A stretch of 64,000 nt of DNA, taken from positions 128,335 through 192,334 of the forward strand of contig CAWFEZ010000008.1 of the NCBI GenBank assembly GCA_963814935.1, written 5' to 3'. The notes beneath the pieces are model-generated. The model worked only from the letters and a program-made list of their open reading frames with translations. It was not told where the DNA came from and made no database searches. Source of the DNA: an uncultured Actinomycetota bacterium (GTDB lineage: Bacteria; Actinomycetota; Actinomycetes; Propionibacteriales; Nocardioidaceae). This document shows positions 1 to 9,955 of the stretch, in pieces. A program made the position numbers and the translations under genes. Each line of letters starts with the position of its first letter. The stretch's first letter is position 1.

Positions 1-289
1 GCCACCGGCGCCTGGGAGCTGCCCGAGCTGCACGCGATCTGGCGCGGCCACGGGATGGCCGCCGTCCACGAGCACCTCGCCCGGGTGCCCGAGGGCTACG
101 CCGGCGTCGGCGTCGAGCAGGAGGCCACCGGTCAGCACCGGCGACAGCCCCGCTCCGGTGCGCAGCCGGGTGCTGGTGCACTCCAGCGGCTTCCAGATGT
201 CGCCGTACGCCGACGTCAAGCCGGCGGGCGAGTCCGTCAAGGAGGTCGCCCGCAAGCTGTGGCACCGCAGCCCTGGGAGCCCGGGATGA
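1..289 (+). CDS. 3' end of a DnaE2-like (error-prone) DNA polymerase III alpha subunit; partial, with an apparent frameshift at ~140-170
   Basis: Frame 1 reads ATGAWELPEL...; another frame continues RVLVHSSGFQMSPYADVKPAG...RKLWHRSPGSPG-TGA(287-289). This matches the C-terminal tail I recall for actinobacterial second dnaE copies; it lies next to dinB. Confidence 0.65.
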   Translation, partial: PPAPGSCPSCTRSGAATGWPPSTSTSPGCPRATPASASSRRPPVSTGDSPAPVRSRVLVHSSGFQMSPYADVKPAGESVKEVARKLWHRSPGSPG

Positions 290-308
290 ACCGCTCCGAT
301 TGCCGCCC

Positions 309-314
309 TAGGCT
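309..314 (+). promoter_or_regulatory. Putative -10 hexamer (TAGGCT) for a leaderless methyltransferase transcript
   Basis: TANNNT hexamer 7 nt upstream of ATG 322, with no SD sequence. Confidence 0.45.
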
Positions 315-321
315 GGGCCGC

Positions 322-1059
322 ATGTCGACCAGCGAGCGCCGCAGCTCGGTCCGCACCGGCGTGGTCTGGGACGCCGTCGCGGCCCGGCTCGAGCCGAACG
401 CCCGGGTCGTCGACATCGGCGGTGGCACCGGCGGGTTCGCGGTCCGGCTGGCCCGGCAGGGACACGCGGTCACCGTCGTCGACCCGAGTCCCGACGCGCT
501 CGCGGCCCTCGACCGGCGCGCCGACGAGGCCGGCGTCGCCGATCTGGTCACCGGCGTCCAGGGTGACCTCACCGACCTCGCCGACCTCGACATCGACGGG
601 GTTCGCGCCGGCTCGGCCGACGTGGTGCTGTGCCACGGCGTCCTCGAGGTGGTGCCCGACCCCGCCGCCGCGCTGCGCACCATCGCCGGTGTGCTGCGCC
701 CTGGCGGCCTGCTCAGCCTGCTCGTCGCCCAGCGGCACGCCGCCGTGGTCGCCCGGGCGATGGCCGGCCACTTCCAGCAGGCCCTCGCCCTGCTCGACGA
801 CCCCTCGTCCCAGGCCAGCCAGCCGGGCGGGCGGGTCGCCGCTACACCGCCGACGAGGTGGCCGACCTGCTCGCCGATGCCGGCTTCGACCCTCGAGGCG
901 ATCCACGCCGTCCGGGTCTTCGCCGACCTGGTCCCCGGCTCCCTGCTCGACCTCGAGCCCGGCGCCACCGCCGCCCTCGTCGACCTCGAGCGCGCCGTGG
1001 CCGGCCGCCCCGAGTACCTCCCGCTCGCGACCCAGGTGCACCTGCTCGCGACGCGCTGA
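322..1059 (+). CDS. Class I SAM-dependent methyltransferase (compensating frameshifts at ~830-892)
   Basis: Motif I VVDIGGGTGGFA, VTVVDPS, ADVVLCHGVLE, LRPGG; an alternative frame gives RRYTADEVADLLADAGF. Confidence 0.85.
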   Translation: MSTSERRSSVRTGVVWDAVAARLEPNARVVDIGGGTGGFAVRLARQGHAVTVVDPSPDALAALDRRADEAGVADLVTGVQGDLTDLADLDIDGVRAGSADVVLCHGVLEVVPDPAAALRTIAGVLRPGGLLSLLVAQRHAAVVARAMAGHFQQALALLDDPSSQASQPGGRVAATPPTRWPTCSPMPASTLEAIHAVRVFADLVPGSLLDLEPGATAALVDLERAVAGRPEYLPLATQVHLLATR

Positions 1060-1061
1060 GA

Positions 1062-1220
1062 CTTGCGGACCGCAACCACAGACAAGAGCCGAGTCGGCGC
1101 AAACGCAGCGGAGGAGCGAAGCGGGGGAGCGTGGCTTGCGCAGACTCGGCGAGGTGACCACGGCCCGCAAGCCGTCCGCGAACGGCGACCGCAGGGGGTT
1201 GGCTTGAACCGCAACCACAG
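1062..1220. repeat. REP-like inverted-repeat doublet with 13-bp direct repeats
   Basis: GCCGAGTCGGCGCAA (1088-1102) pairs with TTGCGCAGACTCGGC (1136-1150); CTTGCGGACCG (1062-1072) pairs with CGGCCCGCAAG (1161-1171); ACCGCAACCACAG occurs at 1069-1081 and 1208-1220. Confidence 0.65.
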
Positions 1221-2407
1221 GGACCTTGCTGACGCGTCTGTCAACTGCCCGATCCTGCACGTCGACATGGATGCTTTCTACGCATCGGTGGCGGTCCGCG
1301 AGCGGCCCGACCTGTGGGAGGTGCCCGTGATCGTCGGGGGCGGCGGCCGCGGGGTGGTGCTGTCGGCCAACTACCTCGCCCGTGACTACGGCGTCCGGTC
1401 CGGCATGCCCGGCACCCGCGCCCGCCGGCTGTGCCCGCAGGCGGTGGTGGTCTCGCCCGACTACGACGAGTTCACCACCGTGTCCCGGGCGGTGATGGAG
1501 ACCTTCCGGCGGGTCACCCCGCTGGTCGAGGCGGTCTCCCTCGACGAGGCGTTCCTCGACGTCCGTGGCTCGACCAAGCGGCTCGGCAGCCCGCTCGAGA
1601 TCGCCGAGCGGCTGCGCGCGGTGATCCACGACGAGCAGGCCATCACCTGCTCGGTCGGGGTGGCCGCGACGGTCTCGCTGGCCAAGCTGGCCAGCCGCCG
1701 CGCCAAGCCCGACGGCGTGGTCGTCGTCCCCCCGAGGCGATCACCTCCTTCCTGCACCCGATGGAGGTCGGCGAGCTGTGGGGCGTGGGCGAGAAGACCC
1801 GCGACCTGCTGCACCGCTTCGGGCTGGTCACCGTCGGCGACGTCGCGCACACCCCGCTACGCACCCTCCAGCGTGCGGTCGGCGACGCCCTCGGCAGCCA
1901 CCTCCACCAGCTGGCCTGGGGCACCGACCGACGCGAGATCGTGCCGCGCAGCACCGCCGACGACCCCGAGAAGTCCATGGGCGCCAACGAGACCTTCGGC
2001 CGCGACACCGACGACCGCGACATCATCAGCCGCGAGCTGCTGCGGCTCTCGGCGCGGGTCACCCGCCGGATGCGCACCGCCGGGGTGGCCGGTCGCACCG
2101 TCACCATCACGGTGCGGTTCGCCGACTTCACCACCATCACCCGGTCCCGACCATCCCCGAGGCCACCGACGTCACCCGCGAGGTGCACCGCACCGCCCTG
2201 CGCCTCTACGACGCCCTCGGGCTGCAGCGGGCCCGGATCCGCCTGGTCGGCGTACGCGTCGAGGGGCTGGTCCCCCGCGAGACCGTGCACCGTCAGCTGG
2301 TGCTGGGGGAGCGCGAGCACGGCTGGCGCGACGCCGACCGGGCCGTCGACCGGGCCCGGTTCCGGTTCGGGGCCGACGCGATCCGCCCGGCCAGCCTTCT
2401 CACCTGA
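1204..2407 (+). CDS. dinB: DNA polymerase IV (Y-family); split by frameshifts at ~1730 and ~2150; start uncertain
   Basis: ILHVDMDAFYASV, SANYLAR, SLDEAFLD, LAKLAS, ELWGVGEKT, KSMGANETF, TVRFADFTTITRS and RIRLVGVR spread across three frames. Confidence 0.92.
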
Positions 2408-2560
2408 CCCCTTGCGGGTCGACGGTCGAGCGCTGCACTCGACGGCGAAGACTCGGACATTTTTCGTCACCCCGCTACCGAACACACCGGGCCCTGCCTA
2501 GACTGACCGAAACAGCGACTTGTGCCGGCGATGCTGGTCGGTACCCACAGGGAGGCAACC

Positions 2561-3015
2561 GTGCCGCTCTCGGAGGAAGAGCTGCGACTGCTCGAGCAGA
2601 TGGAGCGCGCGCTCGTCGAGGAGGATCCCAAGTTCGCCTCCACCCTGCGCGGCACCACCTTGCGACAGTCCGCCCGACGCAAGGCCATCTTGGCCGGCGT
2701 CGTCTTCGTCGGTGGGATCGTCGTGCTGATGACCGGCGTCATCGCAGAGCAGCCCGTGGTCGGCATCCTGGGCTTCCTGGTCATGCTGGTCTCCGCGACC
2801 GTCGGGTCTCACCGTCCTCCGAGGCCAGCGAGCCGCGCCGGCCGGTGACGCGCCCCACTCCCAGGGTGGCGGCCGCCACCGCCCGCGGGGGCTTCACCGT
2901 CATCGACGGCGGCCGGGCCGGCAAGCAGCGCCGTCAGCGCCACCAGACCGGCGCTTCGTTCATGGACCGCATGGAGGAGCGCTGGCGCCGCCGCCGCGAG
3001 GACAACGGGTTCTGA
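2561..3015 (+). CDS. DUF3040-family membrane protein (frameshift at ~2810-2880)
   Basis: GGGAGG SD then VPLSEEELRLLEQMERALVEEDPKFASTLRG, two TM segments, C-terminal SFMDRMEERWRRRRE. Confidence 0.85.
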
Positions 3016-3122
3016 GCGCCCGGCCGGTTGCGAGGTACCGGGATCAGCGCAGGTCGAGACTCGACGCGTGAGCCACGTCCTCGAGACCCGGGTCACGGTC
3101 CTCGCCGCTCGCCAGGCTGCAC

Positions 3123-5541
3123 TCAGCCCACGTGGTCGACGACGCCGGTGTAGGTCATCTCCTCGCCGGACCCGGAGTCGACGCGCCGTGGGCGTCGCTG
3201 GCTCACGAACAGCGAACGCGGCAGCCACTCGGCACGCCGGCGCGTCGCCCGCCGCACGCCGCCCTGGAGCGAGGCGATGACGGTCTCGGCGTCGGCCTTG
3301 AGGATCGCCGCCTGCTCGCTGCCGGGCCGGGCGTAGCGCTGCTGCTCGATCGTGGCGACGATCCGCTGCAGGGCGCGCTCCGCCTCGGGTGACACGTCTG
3401 CACCGTGGCGGGGCCTGGACTCGGTGTCGGTGCCCGGTGGACGACCGAAGTAGTGCACCAGGTGCGCCCCGGTCTCGCGCGGTGAGCGACCCGGGGGCCA
3501 GGTGAGGCCCAGGTCGACGACGGTGTCGCGGAGCTCGATCCAGACCGGCTCCGGCCCTTCGCCGAGCCGCCGCTCGCGCCGGCGCCGGCGGACCAGCCGG
3601 GGCACCAGGGCCAGCCCGACCAGGACGGCCAGGGCGAGGGCCCCCGCGCCGATCACCCGCCACGGCACCGGGAAGCCGCCCGCCTCGTCGGCCAGGTCCT
3701 GTGGGTTCTGGTCCTTGGGGTCGGAGATCTCGGGACGGGTGATGTCGTCGGTCGTCGCGCCGCTGCTGGGCAGGTCGGACTCGTCCACCTCGGGGAACTC
3801 GTGCTGCGTGTAGCCAGGTGTGGTCGCCGCGCGGTCCGGCGGGGTCGGCTCGAACCGCACCCAGCCGGCGCCCGGGAAGTAGAGCTCGGGCCAGGCGTGC
3901 AGGTCGTGAGCGCTGTAGACGTAGGCGTTGGGACCGATCTGCTCAGGCTTGAGGAAGCCGATGGCGAACCGGGCGGGGATGTTGAGGCTGCGGGCCATCA
4001 CGGCCATCGCAGCGGCGAACTGCTCGCAGTAGCCGGTGAGGTAGCCGTCGGAGTTGGGGTCGAGGAAGTCCTCGAGCGTGTCGCTGCCGTTGCCCGCAGG
4101 GCTGTCGATGTCGTAGGTCGCCCCTCGCGGAGGAAGTTCTGCAGCGCCACCGCCTGCCGGAAGCGGGACGGGAGGTTGGCGGTCTCCCTGGTCGCGGTGC
4201 TGCGGATGATGCTGGGCAGGTCGGTGGGCAGCTCGGTCAGCTGCGTGCCCGTGAGCTGGGTGGCGGCCGGGGCGTCGTCCAGCTCGACGGCGTCGTAGTC
4301 GGGGACGACCGCGGTCATCGAGTAGTTCATGCCCGGCGTGCGCAGGCCGTCGTCGAAGGCCATGAAGTCCATGGTCGAGAGGTCGTAGCGCCAGTCGCCC
4401 TCTGCGGAGATCCGGGAGATGGGCGCCTGCGTGGGCAGCCAGGTCGAGATGAAGTCGTCGGAGATCGAGACGTCGTAGTCGAAGGTCCGGGTCGGCACGC
4501 TCTCGCTCAGGCCCAGGATCTCCGGCATGTCGCCCATGCGCGCGCTGGTCGGGCGTCGCCGTGCGGTCGCCAGGGCTCCACTCGTTGTCGGAGAACCGGT
4601 TGAGCACCGAGATGCGCAGGTAGCTCGGGTCGGGGTCGTCGGTGACGACCGTGATCATGTCGACGTCCTGGCCCCGCTGGAGGTCGCGCCTGAGGTCGGC
4701 GGTCGGGTTCTCGATCTTGATCTGGTCGCCGCCACCCTGGCCGAACCCGTTGTCGAACAGCGTGGATGCCGAAGGTCGGGATGAAGATGGGTACGACGAT
4801 CGCCAGCGCCGTCGCCGCCGCGCCGATCGCGCCGGCCGACGAGCGCAGCGCGCCGTTGCTGACCCCGAAGCCGCTCGGGTCGCCGCCTGCCTCCTGCCCG
4901 AGGGGCCGGCCCCACCGCGCGATCTGCCGGCTCTCCTGCAGGTAGAGCATCAGCAGGAAGCCGATGGTGGTGAAGGTGAAGACGATCCACGAGACACCGC
5001 CACCGAGCAGGCTGACCGGGATGCTGTAGATCGTCAGCAGCGGCAGCCCGGCCAGGGGGACGCGCCGCAACGTGCCGGCCATGATGTCGACGAGCAGCAT
5101 GCACGCGGCGCCGCCGGCGATGAGCAGCGGGTCGATCGGGGGTACGCCGCGCGGCACGGGGGCGGCGTACTGCTGTGCGGTCGCCGAGGCGTCCTGGAAG
5201 GCGAGCTCCATCCGCAGCCAGGCCTCGCCGATCGGGATGGGCGAGCCGCAGATGTAGAGCGAGACGACGGCGCCGACCACGACGAGCTGGACGAGCACCA
5301 CGAGGGGGCCGGGCACCCGCAGCCAGCGCAGCAGCGCGCCGCTGAGCGCCACCACGAGCGCGATCGTGACGAGCGGGCCCATGAAGCTGCCCCACGCGAC
5401 GGCGAAGCCCTTCCACGACAGCAGGGCCACCCAGGTGGTGAACGAGCCGACCAGCGCCAGCACCAGGGCGTCACGCAGGCCGCCACGGAGCCGCCCGAGC
5501 GGGCGCTGGAACGACAGGGTCGAACCGGAGGACGTGCTCAC
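3123..5541 (-). CDS. TgpA-like transglutaminase-domain membrane protein; several frameshifts
   Basis: Multi-TM N-terminus; GYCEQFAAAMAVMAR and HDLHAWPELYFPGAGWVRFEPTP catalytic motifs; GTG at 5541 overlaps an upstream TGA. Confidence 0.85.
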
Positions 5542-6834
5542 GTGGCCACCACCTCGACCGTGCATGTCGTGGGGCCGGTCGTGGGGCAGGTCGCTCGGCC
5601 GCGAGCGGGACGTGCGGCCCAGCTCCTGCCAGACCGTCTCGAGCCGGTCGCGGGGGCCCAGGCCCACCGCGCGCCAGCCCTGCTGGGCGAGCGTGGCCGT
5701 CGCGCCGCCGGTGCGGCGAGTGGTGCCGCCCCAGGCCTCGACGTCGACGGCGATCGCCAGGCTGGCGGCGGCGTGGTGGTGCATGCGTCGCAGCACCGGC
5801 AGGTCGTGGTCCTCGAGGCCGCCCACGACGGCGACGATCAGCCCGCCCTGCGACGCCTCGGCCAGCCAGCTGGTGTCGATCCGGGGCAGCTGGATCGCCT
5901 GCACGACTGCCAGCGCCTCGAGCAGGGGAGCGGTGTTGAGGTCGGCGTCGCGTTGGTGCCAGGCGCTGTTGGGGTCCTCGCCGGCGGCCGTCACGAAGCG
6001 CACCATGAACCCGCGCTGGCTCAGGTTCACCGCGATGGACGCCGCAGCCGAGACGGCGGCCTCCAGGGACGAGGCGATGCCCTGCCCGCGATGGGCCCGG
6101 AGCCGGTTGTCGAGGAAGAGCGTCGCGCGGGACTGCCACGGCTGCTCCTCGCGGCGCACCATCAGCTCGCCCATCTTCGCCGAGCTTCGCCAGTGGACGC
6201 GGCGCAGCTCGTCACCCCGGCGGTACTCGCGCACGGTGACGTCCTCGGCCGAGCCGGTCGCGAACGCCCGGGGCCGGTTGTCTCCCGAGCCGGTCCACGC
6301 GCCGCCCAGAGGGATCTGGGGCAGCGGCACCGTGCGGGGCGTGACCGTGAGCGAGACGGTGGTGTGGAAGGCCCGGCCCAGCTCGACCAGTCCGAACGGA
6401 TCGCTGACGCGCACGCTCATCGGCCCGATCTCGAACTTGCCGCGCACGTCGGATCGCACCTGGTACGACGCGTGGCGGCGCCACCCCTGACCGATGCCGT
6501 CGAGCACGAAGCGGGGTCGGGTGCCGAGCACGTAGGGCACGTGGTCCTCGAGCAGCAGCGCACCGCTGGGCGTCTTGCCCTCGTTGGTGAGCGTCAGGTT
6601 GAGCCGGGCCGGCTGGCCGGCGACGACGATCTGCGGCGAGAGCGTGCGCACCAGCGCGAGCCGGTAGCGGCTGCGTCCCAGCACGTACGCCGTCACCAGC
6701 GGCAGCGCCAGCACCAGCACCCCGACGCGGGTGAGGGCGTCCTGCCCGAGGAAGACCGCGCAGACGATGGCCGTGATGCCCGCGGCGAGGAACGCCCGCC
6801 CGCGGACGGTCAGGCCCGAGAGCGCCTCACGCAC
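5538..6834 (-). CDS. DUF58-domain protein (MoxR-associated)
   Basis: VREYRRGDELRRVHWRSSAKMGELMVRREE motif, N-terminal TM segments, position in the MoxR-DUF58-transglutaminase triad. Confidence 0.88.
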
Positions 6835-6837
6835 GGT

Positions 6838-6874
6838 GCCTCATGGATCCGGGCCTCATGGATCCGGGCCTCAT
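6838..6874. repeat. 15-bp tandem repeat between moxR and the DUF58 gene
   Basis: GCCTCATGGATCCGG x2 plus a partial third copy. Confidence 0.8.
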
Positions 6875-7894
6875 CTAGCTGGCCCCCTCGGGCACGGGGA
6901 CCGTCGCGACGATGCCGTCGAGGATGGCGCCGGTGTTGCGGCCGCTCATGGACGCCTCGACGCTCGGCAGCAGACGGTGGGCCAGGACCTGGCGGGCGAG
7001 GACCCGCAAGTCGTCGGGGAGCACGTAGTCGCGGCCCGACAGCGCGGCACTCGCCTTGGCGGCGCGCACGAGATGGAGAGTGGCGCGCGGCGAGGCACCC
7101 AGGGTCAGCTCGTCGCTGCGCCGGGTCGCCGAGGTGAGGGCGACGGCGTAGCGCTGCACCGCGTCGGAGACGTAGACCTGGCCGACGATCCCGATCAGCT
7201 TGCGGATCTCGGCGGCGTCGGTGACCGGCTCGAGGTCCTCGAGCGGGTTGCTCTGGGTGTGGGAGTCGAGCATCGCGATCTCGGACGCCTCGACGGGGTA
7301 GCCGATCGAGAGTCGCAACATGAAGCGGTCACGCTGGGCCTCGGGGAGCGCGTAGGTGCCCTCCATCTCGATGGGGTTCTGGGTCGCGATGACCATGAAG
7401 GGCGACTCGAGGTGGTACGTCGAGTTGTCGACGGTGACCTGGTGCTCCTCCATGCACTCCAGCAGCGCGGACTGGGTCTTGGGCGACGCGCGGTTGATCT
7501 CGTCGCCGACCACGATGTTGGCGAACACCCCACCGGGGCGGAACTCGAACTCGCGGGTGTTCTGGTTGAACACCGACACGCCGGTCACGTCGGAGGGCAG
7601 CAGGTCGGGCGTGAACTGGATGCGGCGCACCGAGCACTCGATGCTGCGCGCCAGGGACTTGCTGAGCATGGTCTTGCCGACGCCGGGCACGTCCTCGATG
7701 AGGATGTGGCCCTCGGCGAGCAGGCCGATGAGCACCGAGGTGATGACGTCGGGCTTGCCCTCGATCACCCTCTTGATGTTGGAGCGCACCCGCTCCACGA
7801 CCCGGCTGAGGGTCTCGAGGTCGGCGCCCCCTGTCGTGCCCCCGCCCGCGTCGTGCTGCGTGCTCTGGCTGGTACCGGTCTCCGTGACTGCCAC
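6875..7894 (-). CDS. moxR: MoxR-family AAA+ ATPase
   Basis: LIEDVPGVGKT Walker A, RIQFTPDLLPSD, DEINRASPKTQSALLE, ATQNPIEMEGTYALPEAQRDRF. Confidence 0.95.
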   Translation of the reverse strand: MAVTETGTSQSTQHDAGGGTTGGADLETLSRVVERVRSNIKRVIEGKPDVITSVLIGLLAEGHILIEDVPGVGKTMLSKSLARSIECSVRRIQFTPDLLPSDVTGVSVFNQNTREFEFRPGGVFANIVVGDEINRASPKTQSALLECMEEHQVTVDNSTYHLESPFMVIATQNPIEMEGTYALPEAQRDRFMLRLSIGYPVEASEIAMLDSHTQSNPLEDLEPVTDAAEIRKLIGIVGQVYVSDAVQRYAVALTSATRRSDELTLGASPRATLHLVRAAKASAALSGRDYVLPDDLRVLARQVLAHRLLPSVEASMSGRNTGAILDGIVATVPVPEGAS

Positions 7895-8083
7895 GTGTGG
7901 TCCCTTTCCAATTTCTGGCCAAACGTCTGGGCGAGGTCGCGAACGCCCCGACCCGGTGGGGTCGAGGGCGCTGGGAGAAACCTACGCGCCGTCCGCAGTG
8001 GTGCCTCTGACTCCGCCGATCACGGTTTGGTTGCGGATTCCCCTGCAACGTCTTGAGCCTAACCGACCCGCGAGGGAGCGGAT

Positions 8084-8148
8084 GTGGTTGACGGTGGGGC
8101 AAAGTGGAGTACAGTGGCGCAAAGTGGAGGACAGAAGAGGGAAAGTGG
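8084..8148 (+). promoter_or_regulatory. MraZ-binding direct-repeat array upstream of mraZ
   Basis: GTGG at 8084, 8094, 8104, 8114 and 8124 (exact 10-bp period) and at 8145; this is the known MraZ operator layout. Confidence 0.85.
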
Positions 8149-8158
8149 AGGGTGCGGG

Positions 8159-8587
8159 ATGTTCCTGGGCACCTACACACCCAAGATCGACGAGAAGGGT
8201 CGCCTCTTCCTCCCGGCGAAGTTCAGGGAGGAACTGATGGCGGGACTGGTGGTGACGACGGGGCAGGAGCGCTGCCTCACCGTCTACAAGCTCGCCGACT
8301 TCGCCGAGGTCGCGGCCCGCGTCCAGGCCGCGCCCGTCACCGTCAAGGGCGCCCGCGACTACGGGCGCTTCCTCGGCGCCAACGCCAACCAGGACACCCC
8401 CGACAAGCAGGGCCGCATCACCATCACGCCGATGCAGCGCGACTACGCCTCGCTCACCAAGGACGTGATGGTCATCGGGGTCATCAACCGGATCGAGATC
8501 TGGGACCCCTCCCGCTGGGAGGCCTACAACCAGCAGAACCAGGACACCTTCGCCGACATCACCGAAGAGGTCTTCCCCGGCCTCTAG
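8159..8587 (+). CDS. mraZ: Division/cell wall cluster transcriptional repressor MraZ
   Basis: MFLGTYTPKIDEKGRLFLPAKFRE...DKQGRITI...IGVINRIEIW; 142 aa. Confidence 0.97.
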   Translation: MFLGTYTPKIDEKGRLFLPAKFREELMAGLVVTTGQERCLTVYKLADFAEVAARVQAAPVTVKGARDYGRFLGANANQDTPDKQGRITITPMQRDYASLTKDVMVIGVINRIEIWDPSRWEAYNQQNQDTFADITEEVFPGL

Positions 8588-8618
8588 CGCACCACCCGGC
8601 ACACCCCAACTCAACAGC

Positions 8619-8738
8619 GATCGTCCGGCGAGGCCTCAGCCCGCTGGCTCCACCCTCTGGGGCACCTTCCCCGGTTCCAGACGGTGTCTTCCCGACGCAC
8701 TCTGCGTGACCCAGCGGGCGGGACCTGGCCGGACGATC
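8619..8738 (+). ncRNA. mraW RNA motif (actinobacterial cis-regulatory hairpin)
   Basis: Long stem: GATCGTCCGGC/GCCGGACGATC, GCCCGCTGG/CCAGCGGGC, CTGG/CCAG closing a CTTCCCC loop; lies upstream of rsmH (mraW). Confidence 0.8.
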
Positions 8739-8748
8739 CGCACACAGC

Positions 8749-8792
8749 CCACCCCCCGCCACCACGCACCTCCCTGCACCACTTCGCTCCAC
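8749..8792 (-). promoter_or_regulatory. Second MraZ-box-like array, in inverted orientation
   Basis: CCAC at 8749, 8759, 8779 and 8789 and CCTC at 8769 (10-bp period), i.e. GTGG on the minus strand. Confidence 0.55.
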
Positions 8793-8815
8793 CGGAACAC
8801 ACGAGGGTCGAGATC

Positions 8816-8962
8816 ATGAGCATCGCGCCGGTCACGCACGCCGGACCCGCCCGCCGGGTACGGCACCAGGCCCGTGAGGCCCTGGCGCTGATGGCGTTCT
8901 CCGCGGTCACCTCGATGACGCTCGCCGGAGCCCTCGTCCTGCTGGCCCACTGGGGACGCTGA
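8816..8962 (+). CDS. Small (48-aa) single-TM hypothetical protein
   Basis: GAGGG SD; MSIAPVTHAGPARRVRHQAREALALMAFSAVTSMTLAGALVLLAHWGR; ends 9 nt before rsmH. Confidence 0.65.
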   Translation: MSIAPVTHAGPARRVRHQAREALALMAFSAVTSMTLAGALVLLAHWGR

Positions 8963-8971
8963 GCCGGGACG

Positions 8972-9952
8972 ATGACGAGTCCTTCCCACGTCCCGGTCCT
9001 CCTCGACCGGGTCGTGGCCCTCCTGGCTCCCGCGCTCGACCACGACGGCGCCGTCCTGGTCGACGCCACGCTCGGCCTCGGCGGCCACACCGAGGCGGTC
9101 CTCCAGCGTTGCGCCCTCGCCCGGGTGGTCGGCATCGACCGCGACCCGCAGGCGCTCTCGCTCGCGGGGGAGCGGCTGGCGTCGTACGCGACATCGGCAG
9201 GGGCCCGCTTCACCGGCGTGCACGCGGTCTACGACGAGATCCCGTCCGTGCTCGACGACCTCGGGCTCGACGCCGTCGACGCCGTGCTCTTCGACCTCGG
9301 CGTCTCCTCGCTCCAGCTCGACGTGGTCGAGCGCGGCTTCGCCTACCGCGAGGACGCACCACTGGACATGCGGATGGACGGCACCACTGGCCAGACCGCC
9401 GCCGACGTCCTCAACACCTACCCGGCGCCCGACCTGGCCCGGGTGCTGAAGGACTACGGGGAGGAGAGGTTCGCCCGCCAGATCGCACGAGCCGTCGTGA
9501 GGGCCCGCGAGATCGCCCCCTTCAGCACCTCGGCCCGACTGGTCGAGCTCCTGTACGACGTCATCCCGGCGCCCGCGCGGCGCACGGGCGGGCACCCCGC
9601 CAAGCGCACCTTCCAGGCCCTGCGCATGGAGGTCAACGAGGAGCTGGCCGTGCTTCGGCGCGCCCTGCCGGCCGCCATCGACGCCATCGCCGTGGGCGGC
9701 CGCGTCGTGGTGGAGTCCTACCACTCGCTGGAGGACCGGCTGGTCAAGCACGCCTTCGCCGCCGCCGTCCGCAGCGACGTCCCCGACGACCTCCCCTTCG
9801 TGCCCGCAGGCCACGAGCCGGCCTGCCGGCTGGTCACCCGCGGTGCCGAGCGTGCCGACGCCGCCGAGGTCGACCACAACCCGCGCGCCGCCAGCGTCCG
9901 GCTGCGCGCCCTCGAACGACTCACCCCTTCCCCGCACCGAGGAGTCGCATAA
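8972..9952 (+). CDS. rsmH: 16S rRNA C1402 N4-methyltransferase
   Basis: [54 protein letters not shown]. Confidence 0.97.
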   Translation: MTSPSHVPVLLDRVVALLAPALDHDGAVLVDATLGLGGHTEAVLQRCALARVVGIDRDPQALSLAGERLASYATSAGARFTGVHAVYDEIPSVLDDLGLDAVDAVLFDLGVSSLQLDVVERGFAYREDAPLDMRMDGTTGQTAADVLNTYPAPDLARVLKDYGEERFARQIARAVVRAREIAPFSTSARLVELLYDVIPAPARRTGGHPAKRTFQALRMEVNEELAVLRRALPAAIDAIAVGGRVVVESYHSLEDRLVKHAFAAAVRSDVPDDLPFVPAGHEPACRLVTRGAERADAAEVDHNPRAASVRLRALERLTPSPHRGVA

Positions 9953-9955
9953 GAA

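Noticed and set aside
2453-2466. SOS (LexA) box-like TCGGACATTTTTCG after dinB
   Set aside because: Mismatched, one base short of TCGAAC-N4-GTTCGA, and downstream rather than upstream of dinB.
4507-6834. DUF58-transglutaminase fusion ORF
   Set aside because: A GTGA stop/start overlap with an SD-like GAGGTGG exists at 5538-5541; one indel in the DUF58 tail explains the fusion.
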